NCBI GenBank assembly: GCA_038881895.1
Contig: JAVZOV010000002.1
Location: 162,961-226,960, forward strand
Source: Thermoprotei archaeon
GTDB lineage: Archaea > Thermoproteota > Thermoprotei > Gearchaeales > WAQG01
DNA: 64,000 bases
Direction of reading: 5' to 3'
This document shows, one piece after another, positions 19,643-29,480 of this stretch. Numbering within the stretch: position 1 is the first letter of the stretch; each line of letters begins with the position of its first letter. Below the pieces are notes generated by a model. The model saw only the letters and a list, made by a program, of their open reading frames with translations, was not told where the DNA came from and did not search any database. Position numbers and translations under genes: made by a program.

Positions 19643-20416
19643 CTAAAGCCTTATATCTTTTAACAAATCACGAAAAGTTTTCTTAGGTGACTTTATCTCT
19701 ATTCTTATAGGAGTTATTGATACGAATCTCTTCCTGAACACTGCATTAATATCGCTATCCTTTCCGTCAAAATCGCTGTAAATATCTGTTTTTGATCGAG
19801 CAGCAGAATAAGTTCCATCACCATTATCTACATATATATCACCATAAACATACCATGCAGGTTTTGTTATTTTAATGCCACGAGGATTCTCCGGAATATT
19901 TATTGAAATTAAATATGTACCACGAGGCATTCCCCTAGTAAGAATTCGCTCAGCAACCTGACGTGCAATCCTCATAGCAACACTAAAGTCATCTAACGTT
20001 AATGATAACTTTTTTCCCGGCTTAACACACAAAGAAATTGCGATAGCAGGAACACCATGTAACCCAGCCTCTAAAGCAGCACCTATCGTACCGGAAGTTA
20101 ATATATCACTAACTCCAACGTTGCATCCCAAGTTTATTCCTGACACCACTAGATCTGGATCACGATGGAAGATCTTATACTTAAAAATAAAATATGAGTC
20201 AGCGGGCGTACCATTTATGGCATAAGCTATACTTCCATCATCTAATACAACCTGTTTGATCCTGAGGGAAAACATTTGTAAAGCTTTACTAATCCCACTT
20301 CTATTAATCTCAGGTGCAACAACATATAAAGTGCCTAAACCTTCTAAAGCCCTTTTAAGTGCAATTAGTCCGATCGAATTAATACCATCATCATTAGATA
20401 TTAGTATATGTGCCAT
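19643..20416 (-). CDS. surE: 5'/3'-nucleotidase SurE
   Basis: ILISNDDGI, GTPAD, VVSGINLG, SGTIGAA. Confidence 0.95.
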   Translation of the reverse strand: MAHILISNDDGINSIGLIALKRALEGLGTLYVVAPEINRSGISKALQMFSLRIKQVVLDDGSIAYAINGTPADSYFIFKYKIFHRDPDLVVSGINLGCNVGVSDILTSGTIGAALEAGLHGVPAIAISLCVKPGKKLSLTLDDFSVAMRIARQVAERILTRGMPRGTYLISINIPENPRGIKITKPAWYVYGDIYVDNGDGTYSAARSKTDIYSDFDGKDSDINAVFRKRFVSITPIRIEIKSPKKTFRDLLKDIRL

Positions 20417-20605
20417 CGCTCATCACTTGCAGATAAATTATTAAGTTATGCCGCCTAAATAAATTTTAACTAAAAAATCCTGCAAAAACAAAGAAAGCAT
20501 TAAACAGTTTTTCATAATGATGATAACATAAAGAACGCGTTAAAGATAATTTGCAGTTACTAAATTGAAGTTCAAAATTTATAAGCTCAACTATTTTTTT
20601 ATAAT

Positions 20606-21322
20606 GTGTGGTTCAAGAGTAGAAACATAAGGTTCGTGATCTCTGAGACTAGAGATCCAGTGGCCAATTTACTCATGGAAGAGATAATATTAGAGGCTGT
20701 CGATAAAGGATGCTCTATCGATACCCTCAGGTTATGGGTTAATGATAGATGTCTTGTAATGGGTAGAGGTTCAAAAGGTTATGGATGGTACAATGAGGAT
20801 CTCGCTACAAGAATGGGCATTAAAATTTACAGGAGGATAACGGGAGGAGGCGTTGTATACCATGATGGTGGTAACCTAAATTGGAGTTTTTATATAAGAC
20901 ATCAAGATAAAAACGTGGATATAGAAGAATTATTTAAGGGCCCCGCTCAAATTATAATAAAGGCTTTACACAACTTAAACATTGATGCATATTTTGTGCC
21001 ACCGAATAGGATCGAATATAGAGGTTACAAAATATCAGGCATGGCAGCATATGTTAAGAGAAATGCAGTCTTAGTGCATGGAACGCTCCTTGTTAGTGCA
21101 AACCTAGAAGAGCTGAATAAACTATGTATACCACCGTTAAATTCTCCACCTGTAACAAATCTTATACAATGGAAAAAAGACCTTACAGTGCACAAAATAA
21201 TAGATGTTATAGAAATCACTCTCCAACATGAAGGATTTAGCGTTATAAAGTCAAATCTTACTTCATGGGAAGATAAACAAGTCAAAGAGAAAATGCAAAA
21301 TATGCTCGATCTCATACATTAA
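20606..21322 (+). CDS. lplA: Lipoate-protein ligase catalytic domain (short form)
   Basis: RRITGGGVVYHD, KISG, HGTLL; adjacent to pdh genes; no C-terminal LplB-like domain. Confidence 0.85.
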   Translation: MWFKSRNIRFVISETRDPVANLLMEEIILEAVDKGCSIDTLRLWVNDRCLVMGRGSKGYGWYNEDLATRMGIKIYRRITGGGVVYHDGGNLNWSFYIRHQDKNVDIEELFKGPAQIIIKALHNLNIDAYFVPPNRIEYRGYKISGMAAYVKRNAVLVHGTLLVSANLEELNKLCIPPLNSPPVTNLIQWKKDLTVHKIIDVIEITLQHEGFSVIKSNLTSWEDKQVKEKMQNMLDLIH

Positions 21323-21499
21323 TTAATGCGACATGGTGTTCCTTCTGAACGCACAGACAAAGAACTTGTGAACCTTTACATCAATTTAATGAAAGCGTAA
21401 AAGTCTGAAAAATTTTATCGTTTAAGATATTCTTATGTTATTTTGTAGGACCTTTGATAGGTAGGAGCTGCATTAGGTGTTAATTAAAGTGGAAGTTTA

Positions 21500-21790
21500 T
21501 TGACACTCTCCACGGCTAAAGCCGGGAGATTCTCGGTTTGTCGTGGGGCCTCCACTCATTCTACCGAGTTCTGGGCTGTGTCAAGGCAGCCCCTGCCATG
21601 GACATGTAGTCCATAGCCCGCTTGCTGGAACCACCCTCACTCTTCTCGGTTCGGAGCCTTATTCCAGCTTTCGGACTTCCGAACCACATGCGAGCGACCC
21701 GCTCAAGGAGATGGTAGACTTGGATGAATATAAACTTAACGGCGATCCATCTCCACGACCGAAGTCGGAGGCCTTCTCGCCGAAAGAGTG
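21500..21790 (-). mobile_element. Non-autonomous IS608-type derivative: left end, promoter and TnpB omega-RNA, no ORF
   Basis: TTAC target (21791-94), left hairpin CTCCGAC-TTCG-GTCGTGGAG, AAGTTTATATT TATA, multiple stems, right end GAAT-hairpin-AGTGTCAA (IS608 GR/CR pair), TTGACA/TGTCAA pseudoknot. Confidence 0.9.
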
Positions 21791-21799
21791 GTAAGTATC

Positions 21800-22999
21800 T
21801 TAAGTTATAAATAATAAATAGGGTTGTTCTAAATATTCTTTTATTGTATTTACGAATTCTGCTGCCATAGCTCCGTCAATGATTCTGTGATCGAATGATA
21901 GTGATAAATACATTATTTTTCTTGTTATGAGTTTGTCATCTTTTATGACCGGTTTTTCTAGTATTCTATGTATGCCTAGTATGGCTGCTTCTGGATAATT
22001 TATTATGGGTACAGAGAGTATGCCTCCTATAGATCCTATGTTTGTGATTGAAAATGTGCTGTCTCTAACATCGTTTAATTCGAGTTTTTTATTTCTGGCT
22101 TTTTCCGTCAGTGTTTCTATTTCTTTTGCAAGTTCTATTATATTTTTTTTGTCAGCATTTTTGATAACTGGCACTACTAGTCCTTCTTGTGTTGCTGTAG
22201 CAATTCCTATATTATAATATTTTTTTATCACTATTTCATTTTTCTCTTCATCTAATGTTGCGTTGAAGATTGGATATTTTTTAAGTGCTTGTATGACTGC
22301 TTTTATTATGAATGGTAGATATGTTAGTTTTATGTTCTGTGCTGAGAGAGCTTCTTTTAGTTTTTCTCTAATGCTTACAAGTTCTGTTACATCTATTTCT
22401 TCAAAATGTACTGCATGTGGTATGTTTTTTATTGCTTGTTTCATATGTTCTCCTATTTGTCTTCTCATACCTCTGTATGGAATTCTTTCCACTTGTTGTT
22501 CTCGTGTTATCGTGATTTGTTCTGCTGGTTGTGGTTTGGGTGTTTCTATAGATTGAGCATATTGACGGACATCTTCTTCTGTGATACGTCCGCTAGGTCC
22601 TGTACCTTTGACTTTAGTTATGTCCACACCTAGTTCCCTAGCTAGTCTCCGTACGGCTGGAGTTGCCAGTATTTCCATTGGTTTCTGTGTTGTAGTGGGC
22701 TGGCTTGAGATTTGTGTTTGTTGTGTTATGTATTGCGGTTGTTGTTCTGGTGGTTGTTCGCCCTCTTCTAGTATGGATATTATTGGTTGTCCTACTCTGA
22801 TTTTTTCACCCTCTTTTGCAAGTATTTTATGTATTGTTCCATTTTTAGGTGATGCGATCTCTATATTTACTTTTTCTGTCATAACTTCTGCTATTGGCTG
22901 GTCGGCCTTTACTTTTTCACCTTCTTTTACCAGCCATCTTATTATCTCGGCTTCTACGGTTCCTTCCCCTATGTCTGGCAGTTTAAAGATGTATGGCAT
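21800..22999 (-). CDS. pdhC: 2-oxoacid dehydrogenase E2 dihydrolipoyl acyltransferase
   Basis: Lipoyl domain (EVMTEKV), E3-binding ATPAVRRLARE, DHRIIDG. Confidence 0.95.
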   Translation of the reverse strand: MPYIFKLPDIGEGTVEAEIIRWLVKEGEKVKADQPIAEVMTEKVNIEIASPKNGTIHKILAKEGEKIRVGQPIISILEEGEQPPEQQPQYITQQTQISSQPTTTQKPMEILATPAVRRLARELGVDITKVKGTGPSGRITEEDVRQYAQSIETPKPQPAEQITITREQQVERIPYRGMRRQIGEHMKQAIKNIPHAVHFEEIDVTELVSIREKLKEALSAQNIKLTYLPFIIKAVIQALKKYPIFNATLDEEKNEIVIKKYYNIGIATATQEGLVVPVIKNADKKNIIELAKEIETLTEKARNKKLELNDVRDSTFSITNIGSIGGILSVPIINYPEAAILGIHRILEKPVIKDDKLITRKIMYLSLSFDHRIIDGAMAAEFVNTIKEYLEQPYLLFIT

Positions 23000-23009
23000 T
23001 GCTTTTCAC

Positions 23010-23984
23010 CTAGTATGACATAACATGTTTTATAGCTTTAAGAACACGTTGCGCGTTAGGCATGTAGAGATTTTCAAGTGTATAAGGAAATGGTGTATCG
23101 AACCCTGTCACTCTGATTATTGGCGCTTTTAAATATTCTATGGCTTTTTCGCTTATTAGTGCAGAAATTTCAGCACCAAACCCGAGTGTTTTGGGAGCTT
23201 CGTGTAATATTATTGCTCTACCTGTTTTCTTGACAGAATTTATTATGGTTTGTATATCTAGTGGTATTAATGTTCGTAGGTCTATGATTTCTACATTGTA
23301 ACCTTCTCTGCTTGCTAGTTCTGCTGCTTCAAGAGCTACATGAACCATTGCTCCATATGAGTATATCGAGACATCATAACCTTCTTTGACTATCCTTGAT
23401 TTTCCTAGAGGGACTATGTAGTCATCATCAGGTACTTCTTCTTTGATTGCCCTGTATATTTTTTTCGGTTCCATGAATATTACCGGGTCTTGGTCCCTGA
23501 TCGCTGCTTTGAGTAATCCTTTTGCATCATATGGTGTTGATGGTATCACGACCTTTAGTCCTGCTGTGTGTGCGAAGTATGCTTCTCCGCTTTGTGAATG
23601 ATAATGTCCACCTTTTACACCACCACCGTAAGGTGTTCGTATAACTACATGAGCGGTAAACTGTCCTCCTGACCTATATCTCATCTTTGCTAAGTGATTT
23701 ACTATTTCTTCGAATGCTGTGAAAATGAAATCTTGAAATTGTATCTCTGCAATTGGTATGAGACCGTATATGGCCATCCCTATAGAAATACCAATGATTC
23801 CGGTCTCGCTTAATGGTGTGTCTATGACTCTGTTTTCACCGAATTCCTTAAGTAATCCATCAGTGACCCTGAATACTCCCCCTAATCTTCCTACATCTTC
23901 GCCTAGCACCACTATTCTGTCATCTTTCTGCATTTCCTCTTTTAGTGATGCATTTATCGCCTGTAATATGTTAATGACGGCCAT
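23010..23984 (-). CDS. pdhB: 2-oxoacid dehydrogenase E1 beta
   Basis: GEDVG, DTPLSE, EIQFQDF, HSQS. Confidence 0.95.
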   Translation of the reverse strand: MAVINILQAINASLKEEMQKDDRIVVLGEDVGRLGGVFRVTDGLLKEFGENRVIDTPLSETGIIGISIGMAIYGLIPIAEIQFQDFIFTAFEEIVNHLAKMRYRSGGQFTAHVVIRTPYGGGVKGGHYHSQSGEAYFAHTAGLKVVIPSTPYDAKGLLKAAIRDQDPVIFMEPKKIYRAIKEEVPDDDYIVPLGKSRIVKEGYDVSIYSYGAMVHVALEAAELASREGYNVEIIDLRTLIPLDIQTIINSVKKTGRAIILHEAPKTLGFGAEISALISEKAIEYLKAPIIRVTGFDTPFPYTLENLYMPNAQRVLKAIKHVMSY

Positions 23985-25129
23985 TATTTGACCTCCTGGA
24001 TTTCTTTTTCTTTCTCTTTTAGTTCATCCAGAAGAAGTTCCATTTGTTCTTTTAGGTTCCAGGGCATTTCAGCATACACATCTTCGAATAAAGTTCTTGG
24101 GTCTGGGGGTGGTGTTTGCTCCATTTCATTAATTATGATATTTATTTCATCTTCAATCTTTTTTGCTGTCTCATTCTCATCATCTTCGCTCCATATTCCT
24201 TTTGATTCTAGGTAAATTCTAAATCGTTTAAGCGGATCATAACGCCGCATTGTCTCGACTTCTTCATGAGTTCTGTATTTTGTAGGATCGTCTGACGTGG
24301 AATGCGCACCGAGTCTATAGGTTACTGCCTCAATTAAGGTGGGACCTTCACCTTTACGAGCTTTTTCAATGGCTTCCTTCGTTATTGCGTATGATGCAAG
24401 TATATCATTTCCATCGATTCTTATACCTTGAAATCCGTATGCTATAGCTTTTATTGCGATCGTTATGCTTGCAGTTTGTCTAGAAACTGGAAGTGAGATT
24501 GCGTATTGATTATTTCTGCAAAGAAATACTACAGGTGCCTTGAAGACTCCTGCAAAATTCATACCAGTGTGGAATTCGCTTGTTGATGATGCTCCATCAC
24601 CAAAGTATGTAAGTACTACGCGTTTATCATTACGTAGCTTTGCAGCTATTGCAAAACCTGTTGCCATTGGTATTTGAGTTCCAACAGGACTTCCAGGTGT
24701 TACGTAGTTTATTCGTTTAAATCCCCAGTGATTAGGCATTTGTCTGCCTTTGTTTACATCTGCTGCATTGCCATACACTTGGGCTATTAGTTCTTTTAAT
24801 GTAGCGCCTCTTATTAGTGCTGCTCCAGGTTCTCTGTAGGCTGGAAATATCCAATCATCAGGTCCTAATGCGTATGCGCTTCCCACATATGCTGCCTCTT
24901 CTCCTTCTGAGGTAATATAAAATCCAATTCTACCTTGTCTTTGTAAGATTAACATCTTTTTATCCAATATACGCACTGTCAACATTGTTTTGTACAAGTG
25001 TTTTAATTCGTTTGATGTAAGTTTTGGCTCAAGTTCTTGATCATATGTTCCATCTGGTTTAAGAATTTGAAATGTTTTTATTGCACGATCAATATCAATC
25101 CCAGAAATTGACATTACACGTAACACCAT
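23984..25129 (-). CDS. pdhA: 2-oxoacid (pyruvate or branched-chain) dehydrogenase E1 alpha
   Basis: QRQGRIGFY, GDGASS...NN TPP motif, YRLGAHSTSDDP. Confidence 0.93.
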   Translation of the reverse strand: MVLRVMSISGIDIDRAIKTFQILKPDGTYDQELEPKLTSNELKHLYKTMLTVRILDKKMLILQRQGRIGFYITSEGEEAAYVGSAYALGPDDWIFPAYREPGAALIRGATLKELIAQVYGNAADVNKGRQMPNHWGFKRINYVTPGSPVGTQIPMATGFAIAAKLRNDKRVVLTYFGDGASSTSEFHTGMNFAGVFKAPVVFLCRNNQYAISLPVSRQTASITIAIKAIAYGFQGIRIDGNDILASYAITKEAIEKARKGEGPTLIEAVTYRLGAHSTSDDPTKYRTHEEVETMRRYDPLKRFRIYLESKGIWSEDDENETAKKIEDEINIIINEMEQTPPPDPRTLFEDVYAEMPWNLKEQMELLLDELKEKEKEIQEVK

Positions 25130-25397
25130 GTATTGAAAATTATTGCATGTATATATTTTTCATCTATCCTATATGAAAATTCATCTATCTTTTTTATATA
25201 AGTAGTTTATGAGCGTATTTGATGCTGATTCTCTCTATAATTAAAGTTGAGGAATGCTAACTTAATGATCTTGTTATATTAAACTTTAACAAAGATATTT
25301 CTATGAATTATGTTCCATGACTCGCTTAAGCTTTTTTATAGATTATTAGTAATAATTTACCCCAGAACTTTAGTTTTGGATTCGTGTAAATTCTTAT

Positions 25398-25432
25398 TTA
25401 ACCTCCTCCTGTCCTGAGAGGCAAAAGGTTTT
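25398..25432 (-). mobile_element. Degenerate PATE / IS605 end
   Basis: TAACCTCCTCCTGTCCTGAGAGGCAAAAGGTTTT resembles TGACCTCCTCCCCGCCCTAAAGAGGCGAGGCTTT (14067-14100). Confidence 0.45.
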
Positions 25433-25664
25433 TCTCGGGAGTTCATTAGTTCTCTGCATCAATTCGAGGACGCGATGAATGATGACAGCGTCGACCTTTC
25501 AGAGGCGCCTTACAAACAGATGCATAATCTATAAGTGTATAGCTTATACTAAATAAGGCTAAAAACTCTATGTTCGAGCACTCAGAAAATTAATAGGGAA
25601 CATGATGATCTTCGCGTTGGTACTAGGCTTTCTTCAACTGTAGTTTTCAGATCCATATATAATG

Positions 25665-26429
25665 TTAAGTCCTTTGGATTGTTTTTGAGTATACTATTGC
25701 ACCTATTATTATGAATGCTGTTGAGAATATTATAGCATATAATATATTCTGGATCGCTGGTGTTTTATTTGTAAGAGCACTTCTTAGGATATCTGTTCCG
25801 TGGGTTACTGGATTGTACATAGCTATTAAAGGTATTGGTTGTGGTAGCGTATCGAGGATTTGTATTGGGTAAAAGATTGTGCTACAAAAAAGTAGAACGA
25901 AGTAAAAGAGTCCTCGTAATGTTACGTATAAATCAAAACTTTTTGTAGATGCAGCCATGGATATACTAAGCGAAGAAATTCCTAAGGAGAGAATTGACAG
26001 TATAACGAGAGATAGAAGAATGATATTCCAGTTTAGTGTTGTTTCTAGTAAGTAATAGTAAACGATGTTAATTATTAGAAATGGTGACATGTACATTACT
26101 CCTCGTATTCCACCTGAAATAATGCGACCAAAAATTATTTCGTTTTTTGATATAGGTAAACTTAATAGATAATGATGTATCATGCGTCTAAGTTCCATGT
26201 TTATTTCACGTCCTATTGCGAATGCCGAAGCGAAAAGTGCTCCTACTGTAATTCCTGGGAGTACAAAGTTAAAGTATTGAAAACGTGTTATTATGTTATT
26301 GAATATGAGTGCCAATATTGCGATATCAGCTATGTTCATACTTATAAGACCTGCTAACCACCATTTGTATTTGAAAAAGTTCTTTACGTCGTGTTCTACT
26401 ATATAAATGAAGTTGAATTTCAGGTCCAT
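25665..26429 (-). CDS. ABC-2 type exporter permease
   Basis: LSLPISK, STIFYP, YNPVTHGTDILR. Confidence 0.88.
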   Translation of the reverse strand: MDLKFNFIYIVEHDVKNFFKYKWWLAGLISMNIADIAILALIFNNIITRFQYFNFVLPGITVGALFASAFAIGREINMELRRMIHHYLLSLPISKNEIIFGRIISGGIRGVMYMSPFLIINIVYYYLLETTLNWNIILLSLVILSILSLGISSLSISMAASTKSFDLYVTLRGLFYFVLLFCSTIFYPIQILDTLPQPIPLIAMYNPVTHGTDILRSALTNKTPAIQNILYAIIFSTAFIIIGAIVYSKTIQRT

Positions 26430-27196
26430 CCGCCTCCTTCAAGGTTTCTTTCATAAAACAAAATGGCAAGTGTTGTTGTTCCTATTGCGAAAGCAAGCAA
26501 TATCACAATGCCCATGATTGGGTCTAAAGGGATTCCTTGTGGTACTAGTAATGCTGCCCTTAAAACGTCCGCTGCATAGGTTAGTGGGTTGACGCGCGCT
26601 AGTATTCCATATACTGGGTTTGATTTTGTTATTGCTTGGATAGGATAAAAGACTGTACTTAGACGTGCTATGAATGCATCCATCATGCCTAGTATTATAT
26701 CGGTTTTATCTCCAGATTTTAATGTTGATGCGAGTGTAATTCCTAATCCTGCTACTCCGAATGATAATAAAAATATGGATATTCCTGCCTCTATTAGAAG
26801 TATAGGATCAGCAATCCCAACTAAATATAGTGCTGTGATAAAGGGTGGTAATGTTATTATGAGTCCTCGTAATCCTCCTCCAATTGATCGTCCAAGTTCA
26901 AGTTCTTTTCTTGTTATAGGTAAGCTCAATAAATAATCAACTACACCACTTTCTGCCTCTTCTAGAATTTCGTAAGCTATTGTTATAGATGATGAATATA
27001 GAGTAACTACATATATACCGATTGTATAATATTCTTTATAGTAATAATATGATGGCGAGACAAGATTAGCTAGCGCATATCCGAATACAGCTACTTGCAC
27101 GAAAAACCATATCCATCTCATTGTCATAAATGCTTTTTGTTGGTTAATTAACCTAAGATCACGTTCAGCAACTAAGAATATTATTTTTATATTCAT
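26420..27196 (-). CDS. ABC-2 type exporter permease
   Basis: LLSLPITR, STVFYP, NPLTYAADVLR. Confidence 0.88.
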   Translation of the reverse strand: MNIKIIFLVAERDLRLINQQKAFMTMRWIWFFVQVAVFGYALANLVSPSYYYYKEYYTIGIYVVTLYSSSITIAYEILEEAESGVVDYLLSLPITRKELELGRSIGGGLRGLIITLPPFITALYLVGIADPILLIEAGISIFLLSFGVAGLGITLASTLKSGDKTDIILGMMDAFIARLSTVFYPIQAITKSNPVYGILARVNPLTYAADVLRAALLVPQGIPLDPIMGIVILLAFAIGTTTLAILFYERNLEGGGWT

Positions 27197-28158
27197 TACC
27201 TTTCACCGACACTCACTTCAGTTAACGTCTCACCAGTGTAATATAGAAATACATCATCAAGTGTTGGCTCCCTGATGGTTGCTGACAGAATTTTTATACC
27301 TCTATTGTTTAAGAATGATATTAATTGGGGTAAAAATTCTTCTCCTCTATTAAGATAAATTCTTAAGATTTTATTAGAATAACTTATTTTGGAGATTCGT
27401 TCATCAGATCGTATCTCATTTAATAAGCTTGAATTGATATTGCTCTCGACTTTTAATTCTATAACATCACCACTTGGTACAGTATCTTTTAATTGACTTG
27501 GTGCTCCAGAAGTCACGATCCTACCTTTGTAAATTATGGCAACTCGATCAGATAAAATGTCAGCTTCGAATAAATCGTTTGTAGAAAGGATAATTGTTGA
27601 TCCTGTGTCTCGAAATTCTCTAATCATGGACCATATAAAATGTTTACCTGTTACATCAATTTGTGACGTCGGTTCGTCGAATATTGCGATTTTTGGTTTT
27701 TTAATTAAAACTTTTCCTACCTCAATTTTTTTCCTTTGCCCTCCAGATAACTCGAACACCTTTTTGTTCCGCGAATCCCACAAATCTAATTTCTCGAGTA
27801 CATCTCTTACTATGTTTTTTGCTTCTTCACCTCTATATCCACAAACCTTTGCATGCCAGTAGAGAACTTCCCATGGTGTGTTGATCCAGTAAACTTTAGG
27901 GTCTTGAAAAGCAATTCCTATAATTTCTCTGACTTTCTTAGGTTGTCTTCTGATATCATAACCATCGATTATAGCTGTACCATCAGATGGTTTTATCACA
28001 GTAGCCAGCATGAGTATGGTAGTAGTCTTTCCAGCACCATTAGGTCCCAGAAATCCAAAGATTTCATTCTCATAGATTTTTAAACTTATATGATCGACTG
28101 CAAGATTTTTACCATAATATTTAGTTAGACCATGAATTTCTACAGCAACTTTGCTCAT
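27196..28158 (-). CDS. ABC exporter ATP-binding protein (DrrA-like)
   Basis: GPNGAGKT, LSGGQ, DEPT, EPTLDDVF. Confidence 0.92.
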   Translation of the reverse strand: MSKVAVEIHGLTKYYGKNLAVDHISLKIYENEIFGFLGPNGAGKTTTILMLATVIKPSDGTAIIDGYDIRRQPKKVREIIGIAFQDPKVYWINTPWEVLYWHAKVCGYRGEEAKNIVRDVLEKLDLWDSRNKKVFELSGGQRKKIEVGKVLIKKPKIAIFDEPTSQIDVTGKHFIWSMIREFRDTGSTIILSTNDLFEADILSDRVAIIYKGRIVTSGAPSQLKDTVPSGDVIELKVESNINSSLLNEIRSDERISKISYSNKILRIYLNRGEEFLPQLISFLNNRGIKILSATIREPTLDDVFLYYTGETLTEVSVGER

Positions 28159-28532
28159 TTTTCTTTAAAAGATAAATCTATCAGCTATATAAATCTATTA
28201 CAGTTATCACAACCTTTTTAGTTGCTCTAGAATGATTCACGTTTAAGTTTCAGTCTATCCTTTCTTTACAAGCATCTCATAAGAAACAGCAAGAAAGCAG
28301 ATCCTTTAATTAATGTGCGAAAAACGCGTTAATTAATGAATCTTTATAAAATGAAACAAAAATAACTCATAGGCTGCGGTGTTAGAGAAGTGACAACGGC
28401 ATCTTTTTGTTTGGGGACAGCTCATAAAGAATCTGAGCATTGACTTTATTTTTATCATAAAAGCGGTTGTGAACTCTTATTCTTCTGAGACACATTTTTA
28501 TTTTTGTTAAAAGTGTAAGATGTAGGTAGCAA

Positions 28533-29441
28533 ATGTTTAGTGGTGATTTGTCGTCCCAAAGTGATCGAAGGTTTATAATTCGGTTAGTGACTGACAGTGA
28601 TAAAGATTTTGTAATGAGCTATACTAGTAAGACTTGGGAGTGGGGAGATTACATAGGTTATGTTTGGGACAAATGGATTAATGATAAGAATGGACAATTT
28701 GTAGCTATAGATGTAAATGGTAAAGCTGTAGCTATATGCCATATGGATGTAATCGAAGGTGGCGTGGCATGGTTAGAGGGTATGCGTGTGCATCCTGATT
28801 ATCGTAATAAGGGGTTTGCTTCTATACTCACGAGTTATTGTATAAGTATTGCCAAAGAGCGAGGGCTTTCGTATGCTATGTTGGTCACGTCTTCAAAAAA
28901 TAAGCCTGCACAGAGAGTAGCGGAGAAGTTAGGATTTTCTGTAATGGCTAGGTATACGAATTTTAAAGATGAAGTTAAAGAATTTGCTAAAGAAGAAAGT
29001 AAGGCGCACAGAGCAACACTTCATGAATTCGATTTAGTGTGGAACTATCTATCTTCTTCTTGCAATTATTCGTTTAATAATGGTATAATTGGTTCTCAGT
29101 CGAAAAAGTGGGCCTTTACGTTTATTAATGAAAAAACTTTAAAAGAAGATATCATTTTGGGCAATGTAATAATTCATGGGGTAAGGCAGCTTGATGGAAT
29201 TGCAATTTTAGGCTCTACATCGGATGATGATAATCTTTATGTTAGATTCATCGATGGTGTTCCAGATGGGCTTAAAGAAATAGTTAAGGCTTTACGGTTA
29301 TATAGGTCTGAATCTGGTTTGAATGGTATAGAAGGATTTGCACCAGTAACAAGTTTAATAATTAATATCTTGAAGGACGAGGGTTTTAGTGTTAATGAGG
29401 GAAGACAATTGCTTGTTTATGCCTTGAAATTTTCTAGTTAA
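28533..29441 (+). CDS. GNAT-family acetyltransferase
   Basis: WLEGMRVHPDYRNKGFA acetyl-CoA motif; NKPAQRVAEKLGF. Confidence 0.85.
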   Translation: MFSGDLSSQSDRRFIIRLVTDSDKDFVMSYTSKTWEWGDYIGYVWDKWINDKNGQFVAIDVNGKAVAICHMDVIEGGVAWLEGMRVHPDYRNKGFASILTSYCISIAKERGLSYAMLVTSSKNKPAQRVAEKLGFSVMARYTNFKDEVKEFAKEESKAHRATLHEFDLVWNYLSSSCNYSFNNGIIGSQSKKWAFTFINEKTLKEDIILGNVIIHGVRQLDGIAILGSTSDDDNLYVRFIDGVPDGLKEIVKALRLYRSESGLNGIEGFAPVTSLIINILKDEGFSVNEGRQLLVYALKFSS

Positions 29442-29480
29442 TGCTTTTTTATTCTGAAGAATAAGTTTTTGAATTATTTG

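Noticed and set aside
21543..21794. 83-aa ORF on the plus strand
   Set aside because: Antisense reading of the GC-rich structured element
22005..24215. Numerous short ORFs opposite pdh genes, and similar shadow ORFs throughout the window
   Set aside because: Fully overlap well-supported genes on the other strand
25470..25655. C/D-box sRNA candidates (ATGATGA motifs; also ATGAAGA twice near 56975-57010)
   Set aside because: No correctly spaced CTGA D/D' boxes; guide complementarity cannot be verified
28306..28336. TTAATTAA-flanked 12-bp hairpin in a divergent promoter region
   Set aside because: AT-rich and relies on G.U pairs; plausible by chance
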